DNA from: Minisyncoccota bacterium
GTDB lineage: Bacteria > Patescibacteriota > Minisyncoccia > Phycocordibacterales > UBA9973
NCBI GenBank assembly: GCA_041675045.1
Contig: JBAYUP010000001.1
Location: forward strand, 24,094 to 88,093
Length of the DNA: 64,000 bases
Reading direction: 5' to 3'
This document shows, in pieces, positions 57,478-64,000 of the stretch. The notes below the pieces were generated by a model, which made no database searches, was not told the DNA's origin, and saw only the letters and a list, made by a program, of their open reading frames with translations. Within the stretch, counting starts at the first letter, position 1; the number at the start of each line of letters is the position of its first letter. The position numbers and the translations under genes were made by a program.

Positions 57478-57658
57478 GGTAGTCAGCGGTGCTTCCATCG
57501 AGACCAGCAAATTCTTCTGCAAGGTCATCATCTTCACCCGCAAAGACATCTTCTTCTGGGTCGTCTTCGAGAGCATCATCTCCCACATCACTTATGAGAT
57601 CTAATTCTTCTTCAGCGTCTAATTCAACACCTTTTATTTCTTCGTCGTCGTAGCTCAT
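57473..57658 (-). CDS. small hyper-acidic protein
   Basis: 61 aa dominated by Asp/Glu, one Lys, no Arg; stop codon inside the terminator palindrome. Confidence 0.7.
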   Translation of the reverse strand: MSYDDEEIKGVELDAEEELDLISDVGDDALEDDPEEDVFAGEDDDLAEEFAGLDGSTADYL

Positions 57659-57758
57659 ATATTCTCTAAAACTATGAATGTAAAATTATTATAATAAATT
57701 ATTTGTAGCAAAATATTATTTTCTTTGCAATATCTAAAAAAGTACTTAAAACAAAGGG

Positions 57759-58241
57759 TTATTTTGTAAATCTTTCGCACGCAAGACACGTAAGCCCAAT
57801 AGCGATGGCATCAAGCTCATCATCAGAGCGAATTTGTTTTTCTATTTGTATAAGTTTTGGAACCATGTTCATAACCATTTGTTTATCTGCCTTACCGTAT
57901 CCAGTTACTGCGACCTTGATTTGCGGTGGTGTGTATTCGAAAATATCAAGACCATTACGTGATGCACTATAGATGATAACTCCACGTGCTTCAGATACTC
58001 CCATGACTGTCTTTTGATTGCTAGTAAAATAAAGTTTTTCGATGGCGAGTGCTACAGGGGTGTACTCTTGTATGATACGTTCTACTTCGGTACCAATTTG
58101 AGTGAGTCGCTCAGGGAAGGGAATCTTGGCTGATGTCTTAAAGCATTCTGAAAAAACTAGTATATCTTTTTGTTTCGGTTGGCGTTCGATAACTGCAACA
58201 CCAACACGTTCAAACCCAGGATCAATTGCAAGAAGTTTCAT
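57759..58241 (-). CDS. ruvC: Holliday junction resolvase RuvC
   Basis: LAIDPG, AIEKLYF, EARGVI, GYGKADK, DDELDAIAI. Confidence 0.95.
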   Translation of the reverse strand: MKLLAIDPGFERVGVAVIERQPKQKDILVFSECFKTSAKIPFPERLTQIGTEVERIIQEYTPVALAIEKLYFTSNQKTVMGVSEARGVIIYSASRNGLDIFEYTPPQIKVAVTGYGKADKQMVMNMVPKLIQIEKQIRSDDELDAIAIGLTCLACERFTK

Positions 58242-58330
58242 AAAACCATTATAACAAAAGGGGATGTCGATAATACTTGACTTTATAGACTATATAATGT
58301 ATAATACCCTGAAATATAAAGCATGAAAGA

Positions 58331-58804
58331 ATGAAAAAAATTATTATGTTGCTGATGCTTTCAAGTTTGATTGCGTCAGGAGCTTTTGCTCAAACTTCTT
58401 CCTGTGATACTTTGGTAAAAAACGGGAAAATTCTTGAAGCTACCTTTTTACAAAGGGTTGATTCTACGAAAGCACTTTTTAAGAATGATGCGACAGTAAT
58501 TGAACTTCGGATTCCAAGTCTCGCTAAAAACGAAAGTGGAAGAATTGTGTATGTTCGTGAAATTATAACTTACGTATCGTTTCATGATACCGTAATCGAA
58601 ATGAAGGGATATAAATTTATCGCGATAAAACATCCAATTGCAAACCCTATGGACGTATCAGCATGGTATTGGAAATCAGAATGGGAAAAAAAGCAAAAAG
58701 AAGAACAAGAGTTACTTCGATACATCACAAATCCTTCTTCATCTTACCCTCCTACGCCTTACTATTATTGTCCACCAAAAGGAGTTTCTATTGGAAACAA
58801 TTAA
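58331..58804 (+). CDS. orphan secreted protein
   Basis: MKKIIMLLMLSSLIASGAFA|Q; TTGACT-17-TATAAT 58277-58305; terminator about 58820-58857. Confidence 0.7.
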   Translation: MKKIIMLLMLSSLIASGAFAQTSSCDTLVKNGKILEATFLQRVDSTKALFKNDATVIELRIPSLAKNESGRIVYVREIITYVSFHDTVIEMKGYKFIAIKHPIANPMDVSAWYWKSEWEKKQKEEQELLRYITNPSSSYPPTPYYYCPPKGVSIGNN

Positions 58805-58855
58805 ATTGCACTAAAAAAGAAAAGCACCGAAGTCACATTTGAATTCAGGTGCTTT

Positions 58856-59842
58856 TTATTTTGGGTCAAACCCTAAATGTTCATATCCTTTATTTGTGAC
58901 AGTTCGTCCACGAGGGCCACGTTCTAAGAGTCCAAGTTGAATGAGGTACGGCTCAATAACTTCTTCAATGGTTGCCTCTTCTTCACTTGTGGCAGCCGCG
59001 ATTGTTTTCAGTCCCACTGGCCCGCCATTAAATTTTTCGATGATTACATGGAGCACTCGACGGTCTGATGCAGAAAGTCCAAGTTCGTCTATCTCAAGAA
59101 GTGCGAGAGCTTTTTTTACTGATTCTTTGGTGAGTGGTGTTTTGTGGACCTGTGCGTAATCACGACAACGCTTTAAGAAATAGTTTGCAGTACGTGGAGT
59201 AAAGCGTGCACGAGAAGCAATTTCTTCAAGTGCGTGGTCTTCAATCTCTACGCCAAGAATTTGAGCCGAGCGAGCGAGAATTTTTTTGATTTCATCGTGT
59301 GTATAAAATTCAAGACGAAACACACCCCCAGAGAATCGTGATCGAAGGGGGGAGGAGAGAAGTGCAATTCGTGTTGTTGCTGCGATGAGGGTAAACGGTG
59401 GAAGTTCTAATTGTATTGTACGTGCAGATGGTCCCTTGCCGATAATAATATCGAGCACACCACTCTCCATAGCAGGGTAGAGAACCTCTTCTACCATTTT
59501 ATTAAGACGATGAATCTCGTCGATAAAGACAATATCTCCCGGAGCTAAGTTTGTCAGGATTGAAGCAAGGTCTCCAACTTTTTCGATTGCTGGGCCAGAG
59601 GTTATTTTGATTTGCCGACGAGTTTCGTGGGCGATAAGGTGGGCGAGAGTTGTTTTTCCTAGTCCTGGGGGACCGTAAAATAATATATGTTCAGCAGGGT
59701 GGGCACGTTCTTCTGCTGCCGTGAGGAGGATTTTGAGGTTTGCTTTGATATTTTCCTGTCCAATATATTCATCCCAAATGTTTGGACGCAATGTTTGGTC
59801 GAGGAAGCCCTCGTCTTTGGTTGTAGGTGTGGTACTTGACAT
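58856..59842 (-). CDS. ruvB: Holliday junction helicase RuvB
   Basis: LRP...EYIGQ, GPPGLGKTT, FIDEIHRL, EPYLIQLG..RGPRGR. Confidence 0.97.
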   Translation of the reverse strand: MSSTTPTTKDEGFLDQTLRPNIWDEYIGQENIKANLKILLTAAEERAHPAEHILFYGPPGLGKTTLAHLIAHETRRQIKITSGPAIEKVGDLASILTNLAPGDIVFIDEIHRLNKMVEEVLYPAMESGVLDIIIGKGPSARTIQLELPPFTLIAATTRIALLSSPLRSRFSGGVFRLEFYTHDEIKKILARSAQILGVEIEDHALEEIASRARFTPRTANYFLKRCRDYAQVHKTPLTKESVKKALALLEIDELGLSASDRRVLHVIIEKFNGGPVGLKTIAAATSEEEATIEEVIEPYLIQLGLLERGPRGRTVTNKGYEHLGFDPK

Positions 59843-59870
59843 TATTATTTGTATATGCTATACTTCCTCC

Positions 59871-60245
59871 AGAAATTACATACAGTTCAATTATAGCATC
59901 AAGCGCGAAGAGGACATAAATCTCTAAGCAATCGGCCACGTGCTCTATATGCGTGCGTAGGACGCCCTGGTTTCTATTTATATTTACTGGGACTATCCTG
60001 TAATCGTATATTACTTTAGTTACGCATGTTCCTAAAGGATTGTTTAGAGATTTATGTTCTCTTTTAAAGGAAAGAACGGTCCCATCCCGGTTTGATTTGT
60101 TGTTTTACCGGAATAATTATTTAGCCATAATGACTGTTAGCAAAACTTTCCTTACTTCACCATATTCTGTGTGGGGGTTTGATGAATCGTGAAGAAAAGC
60201 AGAACAGGCCTCGCAACTTCGGTTGCGGGGCTTCTTTATTTTTTA
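59871..60245 (+). ncRNA. candidate structured non-coding transcript (alternatively a MITE-like insert)
   Basis: TTGACA-17-TATACT 59836-59864; 26-bp stem 59908-59933/60038-60063; TTCG-loop terminator near 60207-60245; no ORF of 60 aa or more. Confidence 0.4.
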
Positions 60246-60266
60246 TAAAAAGAGAGTGAGAAGAGA

Positions 60267-61967
60267 TTACTCCTCATAAAAATCAACCACACTACCGACT
60301 TCGTCGTAGGAGGTGATACCTTTTAGGATTTTGACGATGCCGTCTTCGCGCATGTCGAGGTATCCTTGGTGTGAAGCAATTTCTTTGATTTCTCGTTCAC
60401 TCGGATTGTTAGGAATTATTTTTTCAATATCAGCTGTTTTTATAATTGCTTCGAATACTCCAATTCGTCCTTTGTATCCTGTGTTATTACACTCACCACA
60501 ACCGACAGCCCCATATATTTTTAGGGAAGCATTTGTATCAACTCCATATTTTGAAAAATCTTTATTGTGAGCTATTGCGTTATCAGTTATTTTTTTGATT
60601 ATTTTAATTTGTTCTTCTGTGGCTGGGATTTCTTTTCTACAGTTGAGACAAAGTTTTCGAACAAGACGCTGGGCAATAGAAAGAGAGAGTGCTGATACCA
60701 ATATCTTTGGATTAACATCAAGATCAATCAAGCGCGGGATAACACCTGCTGCGTTGTTTGTGTGAAGTGTCGAGAAAACCAAGTGACCAGTGAGTGCGGA
60801 TTCAACTGCGATTTTTGCTGTTTCGCTATCACGAACTTCTCCCACCATGATCACATCAGGGTCTTGGCGGAGCGATGAACGCAAACCCTCGAGGAATGTA
60901 TACCCCTTCTCACTTTCTGTTTGTGTTTGGGTTATTCCTGGTAAGTGGTATTCAATAGGGTCTTCGATTGTGATTATTTTTATTTCAGGAGAATATATTT
61001 TCTGTAAGAACGAGTAGAGGGTTGTTGTTTTACCACTTCCTGTTGGACCAGTAAGGAGAATCATACCATTCGGCTTTTTAATCTCACGCATAAAAACTTC
61101 AAACAAAGATGGTTCAATACCAAGATCCTCAATCTTTACACGAATTGATTTCGGATTAAGAATACGCATAACGATAGACTCTCCGTATGCACCAGGAATA
61201 AGTGAGACACGCAAACTGATTTCCTCTTCGTCGAGGAATATACTAAAGCGCCCATCTTGAGCAACTGCCGAAGCAGTGATTTTGAGACCTGCTAAAAGTT
61301 TGATTCGAGAATTTAGGAATTTATGAATCGCTGGTGGTATCTCCATGATTTCATGTAGGATTCCATCGAGACGAAATCGTAACCGAACGGTATTTTCTTC
61401 TGGTTCAAAGTGTAGGTCAGAGGCGTTGATAGCAATGGCTCCAGCCAGTGCTATTTCGAGAATATGTGAAGTTGTGTGCGTTGCGTCTTGTTCAGCACGT
61501 TCAATAGCTTTTTTAATATCATCGATATTTTTAATATCCTTCATGATGTCTTTTAATGCAGAGCCAGAGACAGAGATAGCACCTGCTCGTGATTCAGATG
61601 CGTATGAAAGCTCGGTGTAGCGTTCCCATGCTTTCGCCAAGCTCGTGCCCGATGCCATGTAAAAGTGGGGGATGTATCCATGTTCAGTGAAATACTTTTT
61701 TAATTCAACGAGTGTTTCTGCGTGTGGAGCACGTACGGCAATATGTAAATCTTTACCAGTGAGTTTAAATGGTGCAATTCCGAGTGCCTCAGCTTCTTTT
61801 TGGGGGATAGAACGAAGAGCTTCGTTCTCGATAGGGATATTTGCGAGATTTATTGGTTGAACATCATACTTCGCTTCAGCGAGAATTTGCACCAAGTCCT
61901 CCTCTTCTTGTCTTTTGAAGTCATCGAGGTCTTTTTGTTGTTTCTCGTCATTAAAATGAATGGTCAT
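60267..61967 (-). CDS. pilB: type IV pilus assembly / GspE-family ATPase
   Basis: ASDLHFEP, RLDGIL, GPTGSGKTT, TIEDPIE, LRQDPD, GEVRD, TGHLVFSTLHTN, two CxxC. Confidence 0.92.
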   Translation of the reverse strand: MTIHFNDEKQQKDLDDFKRQEEEDLVQILAEAKYDVQPINLANIPIENEALRSIPQKEAEALGIAPFKLTGKDLHIAVRAPHAETLVELKKYFTEHGYIPHFYMASGTSLAKAWERYTELSYASESRAGAISVSGSALKDIMKDIKNIDDIKKAIERAEQDATHTTSHILEIALAGAIAINASDLHFEPEENTVRLRFRLDGILHEIMEIPPAIHKFLNSRIKLLAGLKITASAVAQDGRFSIFLDEEEISLRVSLIPGAYGESIVMRILNPKSIRVKIEDLGIEPSLFEVFMREIKKPNGMILLTGPTGSGKTTTLYSFLQKIYSPEIKIITIEDPIEYHLPGITQTQTESEKGYTFLEGLRSSLRQDPDVIMVGEVRDSETAKIAVESALTGHLVFSTLHTNNAAGVIPRLIDLDVNPKILVSALSLSIAQRLVRKLCLNCRKEIPATEEQIKIIKKITDNAIAHNKDFSKYGVDTNASLKIYGAVGCGECNNTGYKGRIGVFEAIIKTADIEKIIPNNPSEREIKEIASHQGYLDMREDGIVKILKGITSYDEVGSVVDFYEE

Positions 61968-62107
61968 CCCGTTTAGAAGCAGGTCGCGGTCAATAGAGCG
62001 ACACTACTTAAGTTATGTATAATTTTTGTATTTATATTGAACATTTTTTCTTATTTTTTAACTGCGACCACGCCTGCCTGCCGGCAAAGGCAGGGCTTCT
62101 AACGGGA
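61967..62107 (-). mobile_element. start-codon hairpin element, copy 4 (with nested CCTGCC palindrome 62073-62094)
   Basis: Minus strand aTGAC-TCCCGTTAGA...TCTAAACGGGA-TGAC; upstream ATG at 62112 lies 9 nt after TATAAT. Confidence 0.8.
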
Positions 62108-62206
62108 GTCATATAGGCCTTATTATATCTTACCGAGAGGTAAACAAGGTACTTGACATTTGCATCAAAATATGCTAACATAGGGCAAAATCGAAATTGA
62201 CAGAAA

Positions 62207-63079
62207 ATGAAAAAAATAGTTTTAATGATGCTTGTGATCCTAGGTTGGTCACATGCACAGGCGCAAAGGTTACCTGTTTTGAATTACGGACTCTATTCTT
62301 TCGAGGATGTGCGCGACAGTCTTGTTTTTCCAAATACTCCTAAGGCAAAATCATGGAGAAAAGTGGTGATAGCAAACATTAATTCTCAATTAAGGTTAGC
62401 GGGAAGTACTCCTGTTTTAACTGAGAGTAACTTTGCTTCATACATGACACCTACGTATGTATGGGAAGAAGAAAGAACGTGGGATCCAGGAGAGTATGAG
62501 AATTCTGGGTGGAATCCAAGGACTCAAAAAGTAGAAATGTTTTTAAGCACATCTGGTTTTAAGGGGTTTGTTGGGGTTTTCCATTACGATAATATCGCAA
62601 TGGCATTCTACCGAAACACTTGTGTAAATGTACTTAAGGGTCCGTTTTGGCTTGTGCCAAGTATCCCTAAAGCTCCAACTTCTAATCCAATGGCAAAAGC
62701 CGCGGAGAAGGAAAAAGAGGAGAAGGTTACATTTGTAATATTGTCTCAAACTCCATCATGTAATCATGGTGGAATGATGGTGCAAAGAGTTACGGGTGGA
62801 AACTACTTTAGTCTTAATTTGGGGATTAGTGTGGTTAATACACCAAACACAAATTTCAGTGGTCAAAGTGCTCCATTTGTTATTTATCCAACCAGGAAAT
62901 TGCGTCAAGGTGGTCCAGTATGGGCTCCTGGGCACGCAGCAAATTCTGGCAACCCCCAAAACGTACAAGGCTTCAGTGCTTTATTAAATCCCGGCAATCC
63001 AGCAGGAGTTAATGGGGTCCTAAGCCCAAACCCAGTTAATGCTCTTGGTTTTGCTGCAGACCCAAGCAATTATGAGTAG
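62207..63079 (+). CDS. orphan secreted protein
   Basis: MKKIVLMMLVILGWSHAQA|Q; TTGACA-17-TAACAT 62153-62181. Confidence 0.75.
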   Translation: MKKIVLMMLVILGWSHAQAQRLPVLNYGLYSFEDVRDSLVFPNTPKAKSWRKVVIANINSQLRLAGSTPVLTESNFASYMTPTYVWEEERTWDPGEYENSGWNPRTQKVEMFLSTSGFKGFVGVFHYDNIAMAFYRNTCVNVLKGPFWLVPSIPKAPTSNPMAKAAEKEKEEKVTFVILSQTPSCNHGGMMVQRVTGGNYFSLNLGISVVNTPNTNFSGQSAPFVIYPTRKLRQGGPVWAPGHAANSGNPQNVQGFSALLNPGNPAGVNGVLSPNPVNALGFAADPSNYE

Positions 63080-63197
63080 CTCTTTTTGGTTTTAGTAAAG
63101 AAAGTTTTGGGACGGATTCGTTCGTCCCTTACTTTTTTAAGCTTTTAACGCTTGTCCGTTGAAGGTTTAAAATTGTAAGTTAATAATTTATTAGAAT

Positions 63198-64000
63198 ATG
63201 AAAAATTATATGAAAAAAATAATCAGTGCAGTATTTGGTTTTGCGATTATGTTCGCAGGACAGAGTGTTTTTGCTGCGTCTCCTCTTTGGAACAGTGCTT
63301 CAAATGACTGTCCAACGGTGAACATCGCAAACTACTCAACACAGGTTGGCTATGGCAATCCATGTTGGAATAGTACTTCTGTAAGCGCAAGCGCAGGAGA
63401 CAGTATCAACGTTCGTGTGTATTATCATAATGCAAGTGACTTGCTTGGGTACCCAATCAATGCGACAAATGTTCGTGTTGTGTTGAATGCTTCATCAGGG
63501 TCATCAACGAATCATTCTATCTCAGGTCAGATTGTTTCTGATCAGGGATCAATCCCATTTGGTCCAGTGAATGTGACACTTTCAAGTGCACAGACACTTT
63601 CATTTGGTGGTACTCGTTGGTATCCAAATCAGGGTAGCCAAGCTTCTCTTCCTTTTGGGCAGAGTGGTTCTGAAATTATAAACGGTAACGGTCTTCGTCT
63701 TGGTACTGTTGCTCCTGGATGGTCAACTCAAGGTTCAGTGGTGGTCGCTTTTGCAGTTGGTAACACACAAACTGCAAGTTGTTCAGTATCTATTAATGCA
63801 AATCAGACATCTGTTACATCTGGTAATCCAGCAACACTTTCATGGACTTCAAATAACTGTACTTCTGCGACCATTTCTGGCCCGACAGGAACAATCAGTA
63901 ATTCATTGAATGGTTCACAAGTTGTATATCCTACATCTACATCGACATATACAATTACTGGAAACAATTCAAATGGTGTCTCACAGACACAAAGTGTCAC
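63198..64000 (+). CDS. secreted Ser/Thr-rich Ig-like surface protein (partial, not in ORF track)
   Basis: Hand translation MKNYMKKIISAVFGFAIMFAGQSVFA|AS...GDSINVRVYYHN...ATLSWTSNNC, open to the window end. Confidence 0.85.
   Translation, partial: MKNYMKKIISAVFGFAIMFAGQSVFAASPLWNSASNDCPTVNIANYSTQVGYGNPCWNSTSVSASAGDSINVRVYYHNASDLLGYPINATNVRVVLNASSGSSTNHSISGQIVSDQGSIPFGPVNVTLSSAQTLSFGGTRWYPNQGSQASLPFGQSGSEIINGNGLRLGTVAPGWSTQGSVVVAFAVGNTQTASCSVSINANQTSVTSGNPATLSWTSNNCTSATISGPTGTISNSLNGSQVVYPTSTSTYTITGNNSNGVSQTQSV

Noticed and set aside
1-64000. CRISPR array, rRNA, tmRNA, RNase P RNA, transposase
   Set aside because: No regularly spaced direct repeats, cas genes, or recognisable signature sequences were found by eye.
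1-64000. Alternative genetic code (TGA=Gly, as in Gracilibacteria)
   Set aside because: Conserved genes are full length under code 11 with no internal TGA.

Overview
Origin-proximal chromosome segment, most likely from a Patescibacteria/CPR (Parcubacteria-like) bacterium; the taxonomy is inferred from gene content and style, and genetic code 11 fits. It holds the conserved jag-yidC-yidD-rnpA-rpmH / dnaA-oriC-dnaN block (about 48.6-53.7 kb), four tRNAs, and housekeeping genes (cca, xth, xerC/D, rpsO, pnp, dksA-like, comM, pcrA, rsmA, PBP1A, tyrS, ruvC, ruvB, pilB). It also has a parS cluster partly inside coding sequences, a 16 kb relaxase-free VirB4/PrgI/VirB6/VirB2-like locus beside oriC, a block of large charged orphan proteins, and several stand-alone orphan genes with Gln(+1) signal peptides. 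The strongest unexplained signal is a set of small non-coding hairpin insertions. (i) Four 118-148 bp elements with TCCCGTTAGA/TCTAACGGGA ends each sit exactly in a start codon, in sense orientation, with a 4-bp duplication that rebuilds an ATG and a covarying stem. (ii) Hairpin elements leave orphaned copies of gene ends (xth, xerC/D, tRNA-Pro) next to replacement ends. (iii) In-frame palindromic inserts occur in cca and rsmA. No transposase or CRISPR array was seen. All coordinates were counted by hand, and protein family calls come from motif recognition, not database searches.
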